Source: Acidobacteriota bacterium
GTDB lineage: Bacteria; Acidobacteriota; UBA6911
Length of the DNA stretch: 64,000 nt
Direction: 5' to 3'
Assembly: GCA_963664705.1 (NCBI GenBank)
Contig: OY761556.1
Span: 3,296,001 to 3,360,000 of the forward strand
Below, one piece after another: positions 1-9,058 of this stretch. Under the pieces are notes generated by a model that did no database searches, had not been told where the DNA came from, and worked only from the letters and a program-made list of their open reading frames with translations. Each line of letters opens with the position of its first letter. The stretch's first letter is position 1. Made by a program: the position numbers and the translations under genes.

Positions 1-669
1 GGAGCGCCTCCGGTCAAAGGTGGAGACCTGATCCTGATTCCGGAGCTGGCCTGCCCCTATAATCTGAGCAAAGATCTGGAATCGATGCTCATCAAAGTAG
101 AGCAGCGCGACTACAGGCCGAGCTGGCCCATCCGTCTTCTTGATCGTGCATCGCACGCGGGATTTCACTCGGTCCACTGGGGACTGTTGCCGTTTTCGTT
201 TTCCTCCTCGAATCTCGAAAGCTTGAAGGTATACCAGGTATCCGTCCTTTCCGAGAAGCTTCCGGAAGCCGTATCCACGAATCGGGGATCGTCCCTGCCC
301 TATCCATCGATTCTGGAACGGGCCGGCACAAGGAAGCTTGCATTGATCGGCGATATCCCGATGCACATTTCCTACAAAGTGAATTTGCCCCGAAGGGGGA
401 GACTGGCTTTTGGCATTGGGGCCTTCAAGGAAAATATGAAAGACGGGCTGGCGCAGCCGGTAATGTTCTCGATCAAGCTTCACAACGCTCGCGGAGAATC
501 CAGTCCCATCTTCAGCCACCTCGCGACCTCGGCTGAAGCAGATAAACGCTTTATCGTCGATCTCCCAGGTGAGATCGAGGGAGCTTCGGAGTTGGAGTTT
601 GAGAGCACGGTCCAGGGAATTGCAGAGAAGTCGCGCGCTGCCTGGATTGATTTCTGCCTGTTGCCCTGA
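1..669 (+). CDS. 5'-truncated hypothetical protein; C-terminal periplasmic beta-sandwich domain, probably of a membrane glycosyltransferase-like protein
   Basis: Frame 1 is open from base 1 to TGA 669. The C-terminal pattern (LAFGIG...F.I.L...VDL...LEF...AAW) resembles the next gene. Lies in a glycosylation locus. Confidence 0.55.
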   Translation, partial: GAPPVKGGDLILIPELACPYNLSKDLESMLIKVEQRDYRPSWPIRLLDRASHAGFHSVHWGLLPFSFSSSNLESLKVYQVSVLSEKLPEAVSTNRGSSLPYPSILERAGTRKLALIGDIPMHISYKVNLPRRGRLAFGIGAFKENMKDGLAQPVMFSIKLHNARGESSPIFSHLATSAEADKRFIVDLPGEIEGASELEFESTVQGIAEKSRAAWIDFCLLP

Positions 670-707
670 CCTTGATATACGGGTCATACGCATGGGAGGC
701 TGTATCT

Positions 708-1259
708 GTGTACGCCAGTCAAAGTTATTGGAGGTTCCCAGCCCGTCGTCTGTTGGCGGGGATCCTTCTGCTTGGAGGCCTGGTTTCGGGCTGCAGCGAA
801 CATATCGCCAATAGTCCAAAGCCCGGCATGATCGATCTCATGCCGCCGGTGACAGCGCCCGGACAACCTCCATCCACCGGGATCCAGACGATGGCATTTG
901 CACGCAATGGACTGGAGCGCCAAGCCATCATCCTTCAGGCCGATGCCAAGGTCCCCTTGCGGCCGATGCTCATCCCCGCGCATGCAACACTGGCATTTGC
1001 ACTGGCCATGCCTTTTGACCTGGGAGATGGAGCTATGGCCCGAGTCTATTTCCGCTCTCGTGAAGGCGAGTTTCTGTTGATGGAACACCGGCTGGATCCT
1101 GCCAGGAAACGGGAAGACCGCCAGTGGTTTGAAGTTTCCCTCGACCTGGAAAACTATGCCGGAAAACAGGGGGAGATCGTTTTGCAGGCCAGCGCGGATA
1201 CCGGAGATTCCACGGGAGATTGGATCGGCTGGGGAGATGTTCAGATTTGCACTCGATAG
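708..1259 (+). CDS. Putative lipoprotein with beta-sandwich (carbohydrate-binding-like) domain
   Basis: GGGAGG RBS then GTG at 708; hydrophobic stretch ending in lipobox LVSG-C; WFEVSLDL..YAG and DWIGWGD pattern. Confidence 0.6.
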   Translation: MYASQSYWRFPARRLLAGILLLGGLVSGCSEHIANSPKPGMIDLMPPVTAPGQPPSTGIQTMAFARNGLERQAIILQADAKVPLRPMLIPAHATLAFALAMPFDLGDGAMARVYFRSREGEFLLMEHRLDPARKREDRQWFEVSLDLENYAGKQGEIVLQASADTGDSTGDWIGWGDVQICTR

Positions 1260-1275
1260 GAAGTTGCTTCCGGCC

Positions 1276-2007
1276 TCAAACGGAGCGCGGATCAGGGACG
1301 GAATCGGTTGTCCCGGAAAGAGGCGTACGGCGCCTCGTAAAGCGCTTTTGGAACATGAACAACAGATTATGCAGTCCATCGCGGTAGGGATTGAGCCTGG
1401 ATTCCCCACTGCGGTTCGAGAAATCCAGATAGACCTCCATGAACCCGATCTTCGGATTTCGTATCGCTTCTATCTTCAATTCTTCACATAGCTCCAGCAT
1501 GTCACCGACAAGGTTTACCTCGTCCAGGATGGATCGCTCGAAGACCCATAGACCGGACTGGGAATCGGAGACCCACCGGAAATAGAGCAGAGAAAAAACA
1601 AGGCTCAGAAACCGGTTTCCCAGTCGATGCTTCAGCGACATGGCATCTTTGTCTTCCAGCGGGAACCTGGATCCCGATACAAAGCGCACGTCCGAACGAA
1701 GCAGAATCTCAATAAGGTAGGAAATGGAATCCACGGGGAAAAAGTGGTCGGCATCGAGCGATACAATCACATCGCCCTTGGCCTGGGCCAGACCGGCGCG
1801 ATAGGCGCGCCCCGCGCCATGCACCTGCTCCGATATCGTGCGCACGTTGCCAAGATCTGTCAGATCCGGTTTATGCCCACCGGCATCCCCCTCCATGACC
1901 GCGATAACCTCGTCTACAAAAGATGGGACCTGGGGAAGGATACTCCGGATATCGGAGACACCGTGCGGGCAAGGTATCAGTGCTGTAATTTGCCGACCCT
2001 TGTACAT
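1276..2007 (-). CDS. Glycosyltransferase family 2 (DPM1-like), paralogue with degenerate N-terminal donor-binding motif
   Basis: MYKGRQITALIPC start, DAD motif, GSRF, DSQSG; colinear with 8253-8984. Confidence 0.8.
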   Translation of the reverse strand: MYKGRQITALIPCPHGVSDIRSILPQVPSFVDEVIAVMEGDAGGHKPDLTDLGNVRTISEQVHGAGRAYRAGLAQAKGDVIVSLDADHFFPVDSISYLIEILLRSDVRFVSGSRFPLEDKDAMSLKHRLGNRFLSLVFSLLYFRWVSDSQSGLWVFERSILDEVNLVGDMLELCEELKIEAIRNPKIGFMEVYLDFSNRSGESRLNPYRDGLHNLLFMFQKRFTRRRTPLSGTTDSVPDPRSV

Positions 2008-2102
2008 GGCGTCATCATAGCACACCTTGCAGGATCAGCCACTTGTCGAATAATGCGCAGTAATTGGAGGCAAGAAAAACCAGGCGGCAAATCGCCACAC
2101 GC

Positions 2103-3692
2103 CTAACGCTGTATGTAGTACAGCCTTGCGCCGTCGCCTGAAGGGAGCGTAAAGACCTGAACCAGACGAAAGATGCCGGGCGATCCGGTAATTATTTCGT
2201 TTAATCCTGCACTTGCTCCCGTGGTCCAATTCACGCCCTGTGCGCGTTCGGTCATGACCGCGTAGTTGTAACCGTCGAACGAGGCCAATCCGCGATCACC
2301 GGATTGCAGATGCACCACACGCGCGGAAATCCCCCGCATCCTGGCATATAAAGTAAAACTTCCTTCATTGAAATATGGCAGGTCGGGAACCATAGCCACC
2401 GACGGCTCCACTTTTCTCTGCGCCGAATCAGAGGCAAGTTTTTTCAGGATTTCATCCTGCTTCCAGTCCTCTTTCTTCGGTTTTCCAAGCAGATCGAAAT
2501 AATTCTGGAGATACAGATTCCAGTCCCAGCGAAAGGAGCCTTGATATCCTTTCAGCAAGACCACGCGCTCCGGGAGCCACGCGACGCCAAAATTGGCCGC
2601 ATACGCCTGAAAACAGAGAAGCAGCACCAGTACCGTTTTCATCACCGGGCGGAACGCAGTCTTCTTCCATGATGCAATCCAGATTCCGGGAATCACGGCA
2701 ATAGGACCCAGCAGTGGCATCGTGAACCTGGGATCCTTGGTGCGCAACAGCGTCATCACTGCCCAGCCCCCGAGGATGCTGATCACGAGGAACTTCCAGT
2801 CCTGGATCAAGCGCTTCTTGAGAACAAAGAAACTCGCCAGGCATACAAGGGCAAAAAGAAGAGCAAAGAGCTGATACCCCTCCAGGAGGCGCAGGTAGTA
2901 CACCAGCGACTGGAACGATAGGATCGGTGGCTCCCCTTCCCGTGCGCCAATGGCCGCATTCTGCGGGAAGTATTGAATCAGACGGGGAATGTTGGGCAGA
3001 TACCATGCGGCCGCCAGAACGCCGGCAACGATCAGGGTGTCGGCAAAATGGAGACTGCGGTCAGGATGCTTCCAAATGCGATTCCTCAAAACAACGTACA
3101 AGATGGGAAAAAAAACCAGTCCGGCAAAAAACCACTTCGTCAACATCCCCAGCCCGAGGAGCACACCCAGCAGCAGACTCCATCGCCGGGACTGAAAGCC
3201 CTCGGTCTTGCGAAGAAGCACAAGGAACGCGGCAAAGAACGCAGAAAGCCAGTAATCCAGGATAGTTTCCCGGGACATCCATATCAGATAAGGGATAAGG
3301 GCGGTGAGGGCGCAAGCCCAGGCGGCTGCCTCCCGGCCAGCCAAATCCCGAGCCAAATGGTAGACAGCCCAAAGCAGTAGAATGGTTGCGGGAACATTGG
3401 CGAGTGCGGCGATATGCGGCCCCGGATGCAGAATCAGGAACAGGAAAGCCATCACCAGGTGCACAAAGGGAGGATAGTTTCCTGACTTTTCCCAGTAGTG
3501 AAGAGATGGCGAATGGTCCAGGTATCCCAGCGCGTAGGTCTGGTGAAGCGCCATATCCCATACCGGAGGACGGGTATCGTTGACGAGCCAGACGAGATTC
3601 AGGCCCCACAGAAGTGCGGCCAGCAGGAGAATCGTCATCCACCCGTTATCGATCATCCCGGCCGGGTCAGGAATACTGTTGTTGCTTTTCAT
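2103..3692 (-). CDS. ArnT/PMT_2-family (GT-C fold) integral membrane glycosyltransferase
   Basis: Multiple TM segments; WD in first loop, YPP, LGLGMLTK and RFTMPL motifs. Confidence 0.8.
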   Translation of the reverse strand: MKSNNSIPDPAGMIDNGWMTILLLAALLWGLNLVWLVNDTRPPVWDMALHQTYALGYLDHSPSLHYWEKSGNYPPFVHLVMAFLFLILHPGPHIAALANVPATILLLWAVYHLARDLAGREAAAWACALTALIPYLIWMSRETILDYWLSAFFAAFLVLLRKTEGFQSRRWSLLLGVLLGLGMLTKWFFAGLVFFPILYVVLRNRIWKHPDRSLHFADTLIVAGVLAAAWYLPNIPRLIQYFPQNAAIGAREGEPPILSFQSLVYYLRLLEGYQLFALLFALVCLASFFVLKKRLIQDWKFLVISILGGWAVMTLLRTKDPRFTMPLLGPIAVIPGIWIASWKKTAFRPVMKTVLVLLLCFQAYAANFGVAWLPERVVLLKGYQGSFRWDWNLYLQNYFDLLGKPKKEDWKQDEILKKLASDSAQRKVEPSVAMVPDLPYFNEGSFTLYARMRGISARVVHLQSGDRGLASFDGYNYAVMTERAQGVNWTTGASAGLNEIITGSPGIFRLVQVFTLPSGDGARLYYIQR

Positions 3693-3764
3693 AAGGGCGT
3701 ATTATAGCTTCATGTCCGTTAAAGGAGTGCCCATTTCACATCAGCGGACTCCGCGCATGGTTGT

Positions 3765-4802
3765 ATGAGTCGATTGCTGTCGCATTACAAAAACCGCCTG
3801 GCCATTTCCTGGAGCTATCTCGCAGGCAAATCTCTTGTCGCAGGCGGGCCCAAGTATATCCTGATGGAGTCCACCGGGAAATGTAATCTCTCCTGCCCGA
3901 TGTGTCCGAGAGAGCTCGTCAAATTTGAGCCGGCAGACATTGCCCTGCCCCTTTTTGAAAAGGTCGTTGATGCATCGAAGGACTTCCTGGAATTTATCGT
4001 GCCCTACGGCGGCGGCGAGCCGATGCTGAACCCCCGAATTTTCGACATGATTCGATTCTGCCGTGAACGGGACCTGCGCGTGGGTTTTTCCACCAATGGC
4101 ACGATAAACAATCCGGAACGAAACAGGAAACTGCTGGAAGCGGGGCTGGATTACATCATCTTCGCCTTCGATGGCGCAACCAAGGAGACCTACGAGAAAT
4201 ACCGCAGAGGCGCCATTTTTGAAGACACGCGCGACAAAATTCTGCAGTTTCTGTCGCTCAAGCAGGAGCTGAAGGCCGAAACCTTCACAATCATACAAAT
4301 GGTTCGGCTCAAGGACAACGCGTCCGAAGTCGACGCTTTTCGAAAAATGTGGTCGATTCCCGGCGTGGATCAGGTCCGCATCAAAGAAGATGAAATGCAG
4401 TTCACGGGGACAGCGATTCCCCGTTCAAAAGCCGGCAGCAGGCGCCGGAATCCCTGCCACCATCTGTGGCAGGGCCCCGTGTATGTCAACCACAAGGGAA
4501 GCGTTTTTCCCTGCTGCTATATGTGGCGTGGAGAACCCATTGGGGATGCCAACCACGAACCGCTGGTAAAAATCTGGAATAACGCGCAGATGCAGAAACT
4601 GCGTCAGGCACATATTGACGGCAGGATTGATGCGTATCCGGATTGCGTGCACTGCCTTGCCCCCAGGCCGCGACTGCCGTTCATTCTGGGTAGTTTTGTA
4701 GTCAACGGCCTTGCCGCAAGGAAGCTGGTCCCTCTGATTGAGAAGCTGGCACTGCGGTTCAAAGCTCCTGTTTTCGAAAACCGCATTTCGGATGAAGCCT
4801 GA
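3765..4802 (+). CDS. Radical SAM protein with SPASM/twitch domain
   Basis: CNLSCPMC (CxxxCxxC), GGEP, STNG; C-terminal C..LW...G.VFPCC...CVHC. Confidence 0.9.
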   Translation: MSRLLSHYKNRLAISWSYLAGKSLVAGGPKYILMESTGKCNLSCPMCPRELVKFEPADIALPLFEKVVDASKDFLEFIVPYGGGEPMLNPRIFDMIRFCRERDLRVGFSTNGTINNPERNRKLLEAGLDYIIFAFDGATKETYEKYRRGAIFEDTRDKILQFLSLKQELKAETFTIIQMVRLKDNASEVDAFRKMWSIPGVDQVRIKEDEMQFTGTAIPRSKAGSRRRNPCHHLWQGPVYVNHKGSVFPCCYMWRGEPIGDANHEPLVKIWNNAQMQKLRQAHIDGRIDAYPDCVHCLAPRPRLPFILGSFVVNGLAARKLVPLIEKLALRFKAPVFENRISDEA

Positions 4803-4837
4803 CCCCCAAGACCGCCGCCGTCCCGCGAGAAGTACCA

Positions 4838-5347
4838 GGCCCGGAGGGCCGAAAGCAAGTAGCCAGGGGTGAGCGCAGCGAACCCCTGGATTGGATTAGA
4901 CCAGTAACAAGCCCTCCTAAGGCGCTCGATGCAAATCGGGAATCATAACTATATTTGTTCCAAGTATTTAACTAAACAGAGAAAAAGCAAAAAATAAATC
5001 GAGTTCCCTTGATGTTTGGAACACCACCGGTGGGCGGGCTGCTGAAGGGGCGGCAGAAGGCGCCGATCTTTCGCCCTTTCAGGGCTCTTTCTCGCGCCCA
5101 TCTTTACCAGGGGTTCGCTGCGCTCACCCCTGGCTACTTTCTGATCGCCCCTGCCGGGGCTGGTATGCATTGCGATTCCAAGTTCCCTGGGCAAATAGTA
5201 TGCGGCATCAGCCGGATGGCGGTGCTTCCAGCGCAAACTTCCCCCAAAAAGCCGGGGCTGGATTGGTTCGACCCAACGCAGGAATGATTGTCAACCTTTC
5301 TGATCGCCCCTGCCGGGGCTGATATGTGCGGCATTAGCCGGAATTGC
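4838..5347. repeat. REP/BIME-like palindromic element pair
   Basis: Perfect 32-bp inverted repeat 4858-4889 / 5107-5138 (AGTAGCCAGGGGTGAGCGCAGCGAACCCCTGG); CTTTCTGATCGCCCCTGCCGGGGCTG repeated directly at about 5137 and 5296; lies between convergent genes. Confidence 0.8.
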
Positions 5348-5383
5348 AGCAGTCCTAGTAGCGGCCAGGGGTGATCTCTCTGC

Positions 5384-6178
5384 TCAGGAGCGGCGAAAAA
5401 CGGTTTCGTGGTAATGCCGGCTCAATACATCCTCCAGTTTCCTCTCGAAAATCGGAGAATGCCTCAACCCCATGCGCTGCAGCAGCAGGCCCAGCATCAC
5501 GCCAACCGTTTTGCATCCGTAGATCGTACTTACCTTGAAATTTACACTGGAGGCTTCCGGGAAATAGCGGGCCTGCACGGCAATTTCCTCTATATTGAAG
5601 CCCATATAAACGGCCTGGGCAATCATCTGAGAATCGAAAACAAAATCGTCGGAGTTCAGCAGGAACGGAACCGTGGTCAGCAATTTACGGCTATAGGCAC
5701 GGAACCCGCTGTGGCAATCGGTAAATTTGCGTCGGTAGAGAATATTCTCGGCAATCGTCAGGAAGCGGTTGGCCACAAATTTCCAGAACGGCATTCCCCC
5801 TTCAAGCGCACGGCCGTTTAGGATGCGGGAGCCCATCACCATGTCTGCCCTCCCGTCGAGAATCGGAGCAACCATTTCCGGCACGAGTTTTGAATCGTAC
5901 TGGTGATCGGGGTGAAGCATGACGACAACATCGGCCCCTTCCTTGAGGGCCTCAAGATAACAAGTCTTCTGGTTACCGCCATAGCCGCGGTTCTGAACGT
6001 GGATCACCACGGACAGACCGAGCGCCCGGGCGACTTCGACAGTCTGATCCTGGCTGACATCATCGACCAGGATGATCTTGTGTATCTTATCCTTGGGAAT
6101 GTCTGCGTACGTTTTTTCAAGAGTCTTCGCGGCATTGTATGCCGGAAGCACAATCACAATGCGTGCATCTGAAGTCAT
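5384..6178 (-). CDS. Glycosyltransferase family 2 (polyprenol-phosphate glycosyltransferase-like)
   Basis: VLPAYN, VDDVSQD, NRGYGGNQK, HPDHQY, GSR, SGFRAY. Confidence 0.9.
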   Translation of the reverse strand: MTSDARIVIVLPAYNAAKTLEKTYADIPKDKIHKIILVDDVSQDQTVEVARALGLSVVIHVQNRGYGGNQKTCYLEALKEGADVVVMLHPDHQYDSKLVPEMVAPILDGRADMVMGSRILNGRALEGGMPFWKFVANRFLTIAENILYRRKFTDCHSGFRAYSRKLLTTVPFLLNSDDFVFDSQMIAQAVYMGFNIEEIAVQARYFPEASSVNFKVSTIYGCKTVGVMLGLLLQRMGLRHSPIFERKLEDVLSRHYHETVFRRS

Positions 6179-6180
6179 GG

Positions 6181-7179
6181 CTATACGTGGTAATAATCCG
6201 TTTTATATGAATCCGCGCGGCTCCGGAACCAATCCACCGTCTGCTCCAGGCCTTCTGCCAAGGTGAATCCCGGTTGCCAGCGCAGCCGCATCCGAGCATT
6301 TTCATTGGATGCGAATAGACGTTCAACTTCGCTCGTTTTAGGGCGGCGCCTGTTCGAGTCCTCAACAATGATCAGTTTCTTCTTCAATACTTTTCCAACA
6401 GCCTGTGCCAGTTCCAGCACGGAATGCTCGGTCTGAGAGCCGAGTTGAATTGTTGCTCCTTCAACATCGGGCGCCGAGGACGCGGCCATAAAGCCCCGCA
6501 CCGTGTCCTTCACAAAAGTCATATCCCGCGTTGCTTCCACATTGCCCAGCCGAATGCGACGTGATCGCAGGGCCTGTATGATGATAGCAGGAATGACCGC
6601 GCGAGGAGACTGGCGTGGTCCGTAGGTGTTAAACGGCCGCACGATGACAACCGGCAGCTTGTAGGTTCGGAAAAAGCTCTCCGCCAGTTTGTCGCTTCCG
6701 ACCTTGGACGCGGCATAGGGAGACTGCGGATTCAATGGGTGCTTTTCATCCATCGGGACGTATTGTGCCGTGCCATAGACTTCACTAGTGGAAGTCTGAA
6801 CGACTCGTTCCACGTCGGATTCCAGGCTGGCCTGAAGAACATGCAGCGTGCCCAGAACATTAGTATGGATAACGTCCGCAGGATTCACGTAAGAGTAGGG
6901 GATTCCGATCAGCGCGCCAAGATGGAACACCCGATGACAGCCGTGTACCGCTTTGCGAACGCATTCCGGATCGCGAAGATCCCCGGAAATCACCTCAATG
7001 GAATTCAGGCTCTTTTTATCAAGATCGTGCAGCATCCCCCAGTCGCTTCGGGAATTGTAATGTACCAGTGCCCTGACATGGGCTCCCGCCATGAGGCAGT
7101 GCTCACACAGATGGCTGCCGATAAATCCGCCCGCTCCCGTAATCAGAATTTTCGACTGCGCCAGGCTTCTCATATGCAA
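6181..7179 (-). CDS. NAD-dependent NDP-sugar 4,6-dehydratase/epimerase (LegB-like SDR)
   Basis: GAGGFIG Rossmann motif, LIGIPYSY, TSTSEVYG, YAASK, RPFNTYGPRQS. Confidence 0.88.
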   Translation of the reverse strand: MHMRSLAQSKILITGAGGFIGSHLCEHCLMAGAHVRALVHYNSRSDWGMLHDLDKKSLNSIEVISGDLRDPECVRKAVHGCHRVFHLGALIGIPYSYVNPADVIHTNVLGTLHVLQASLESDVERVVQTSTSEVYGTAQYVPMDEKHPLNPQSPYAASKVGSDKLAESFFRTYKLPVVIVRPFNTYGPRQSPRAVIPAIIIQALRSRRIRLGNVEATRDMTFVKDTVRGFMAASSAPDVEGATIQLGSQTEHSVLELAQAVGKVLKKKLIIVEDSNRRRPKTSEVERLFASNENARMRLRWQPGFTLAEGLEQTVDWFRSRADSYKTDYYHV

Positions 7180-7239
7180 CGATCATCCTACCCTAATTTT
7201 TGTCCGGAAACCCGATTTCTTTGACGGGGCTTCCAAAAT

Positions 7240-8256
7240 CTATCGAACTCGAGCGCTGGCCCAGATCGTCCCACCGGCCCCGATCGCGCTTTCCAGCCAT
7301 GCAGCCGGAAGAGAGAGCAGAAACATCCCCAGATATGCCATCTCAATCGCGCCGCCCAGGACTGCATTCGAATCCAGCCGCATGCCTTTGCGATGGATCG
7401 GATCCATCCAGAGAGCCAAGCTGGAAGCTATGGACGCCGGGTTATCGCGCAGCGAGAACCGTGTGCTCAGGCGGAAGTCGAATCCTTCCTGCCGCAACAA
7501 GTGTGCGAGCGCTTTGGGCGTGTAGTTGATCACGTGGCGCGGAACGTCGAGCCCATACCAGCGATTTCCGAACAGGCGCGCCTGCCCGGAGGATACATTG
7601 GGCACCTGAAGGATCAACAAACCACCTGGCTTCAACAGCTCTTTCGCAAAACTCAGCGCCATCCCAGGGTCGGGAAGATGTTCCAGGACGTGAAACATGG
7701 TGACAAAGTCAAACTTCGCCCCACTCCAGACCTTGCTGCCGATCTCGCCTTGCCGCACCGGGCACCCGGTCTGTTTTTGAGCAATCTCAACGGCGCGCTT
7801 GGACACATCCATCCCATGCGGAGTGAAGCCGCGTGACCCGGCTGCCAGCAGGAAGGTCCCGTTGCCGCAACCGATATCCAGCAGAAGGCGTTCGCTTCGC
7901 GGTCGCCCGCTGGCGCATTCTTCCACGAAGCGAGCATGATCCCGCGTTACAAACTCCCGGTAGGCTTTCTCGAGACTGAGGAAAGCACGCTTCAGGCGGC
8001 TTGCGCCCGACTCCGCGCCAGCCCACCAATATTCTCTCGGATAGAATGCCGCCAGCTCCGATGATGCCGGCAGGGGGTCCAGGAATATGCAGTGACACTG
8101 AGAGCATTGGAAAAGGTCAAAACTGCCGGTGGCCAGGTGAAAAAGTCGATCCATGCCGGACGGGCGCTTCGCCAACATCCGGGAGGCGCAGATCGGACAA
8201 GTGCCTTGTCGCGGGTTATTCGCGGATTGAAGGGGGACTGCAGGGCGGGATTTCAC
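7240..8256 (-). CDS. Class I SAM-dependent methyltransferase with N-terminal Zn-ribbon
   Basis: CPIC...CSQC; LLDIGCGNG; FHVLEH; LKPGG. Confidence 0.88.
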   Translation of the reverse strand: MKSRPAVPLQSANNPRQGTCPICASRMLAKRPSGMDRLFHLATGSFDLFQCSQCHCIFLDPLPASSELAAFYPREYWWAGAESGASRLKRAFLSLEKAYREFVTRDHARFVEECASGRPRSERLLLDIGCGNGTFLLAAGSRGFTPHGMDVSKRAVEIAQKQTGCPVRQGEIGSKVWSGAKFDFVTMFHVLEHLPDPGMALSFAKELLKPGGLLILQVPNVSSGQARLFGNRWYGLDVPRHVINYTPKALAHLLRQEGFDFRLSTRFSLRDNPASIASSLALWMDPIHRKGMRLDSNAVLGGAIEMAYLGMFLLSLPAAWLESAIGAGGTIWASARVR

Positions 8257-8984
8257 CCCTGCTTCTCCTGCGTCGTATCGGCAAAATGCACTGCCGGTGC
8301 CGGGCCAAGTCCGATGCTGAATCGTTTGCGCAGGAGGAAGAAAAGATTGGTAAATCCGTCTCGCCAGGGATTCAGCTTAATCTCCCCCATCCGGTTGGAA
8401 TAGTCGATGTAGATTTCCTTGAAGCCTATCTTCCTGCTGGTGATTGCCTCGATCTTGATTTCTTCGCTGAAAGCCATTCCGTCGCTGACCAGGTGCATAT
8501 CACTGAGGCAGGCGCGCTCGAACACCCACATCCCGGATTGGGAGTCGCGGACCCAGCGGAAGAAGAGCACCGACATGGCCATGCTTAAAAGTTTGTTTCC
8601 CCACCAGTGCTTGATCGACATCGCCTCTTTGTTTTTGACGGGAAACCTGGAAGCGGAGAGGAAACGAACGTGAGAACGGAGAAACGCTTCCAGCAGGTAT
8701 GAGATTGCGTCCGGCGGATAGGACTGATCTCCATCCAGAGTGACGATGATGTCGCCGCGCGCCTGGAGCAAGCCGGTCTTATAGGCCCGGCCATAGCCGC
8801 GAACGCTTTCGTGGATGACACGGGCGCCGTAGCTTTTGGCCACCTCCGCGGTGCGGTCCGTGGAGTTGTTGTCGACGACGACAACTTCATCCACAAGCGA
8901 GGGCATGCGGGAAAGGACCTCGGCAATCCCCTGCTCTTCGTTAAGACAGGGAATAACCACAGTGATACGGCGGCCTTTGTACAT
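8253..8984 (-). CDS. Glycosyltransferase family 2 (DPM1-like)
   Basis: IPCLNEE, VDNNSTD, GYGRA, DGD, DSQSG. Confidence 0.9.
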   Translation of the reverse strand: MYKGRRITVVIPCLNEEQGIAEVLSRMPSLVDEVVVVDNNSTDRTAEVAKSYGARVIHESVRGYGRAYKTGLLQARGDIIVTLDGDQSYPPDAISYLLEAFLRSHVRFLSASRFPVKNKEAMSIKHWWGNKLLSMAMSVLFFRWVRDSQSGMWVFERACLSDMHLVSDGMAFSEEIKIEAITSRKIGFKEIYIDYSNRMGEIKLNPWRDGFTNLFFLLRKRFSIGLGPAPAVHFADTTQEKQG

Positions 8985-9058
8985 AAGCGCTGATCATATC
9001 GCACGCGCCCACACAGTCGCAAGCATCTGTATGGCGCGACGGGGGGATTGAAAACAGG

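Noticed and set aside
4949-5334. Short ORFs in the REP region
   Set aside because: Translations of palindromic repeats (the SAPAGAIRK-like peptide recurs); not credible genes.
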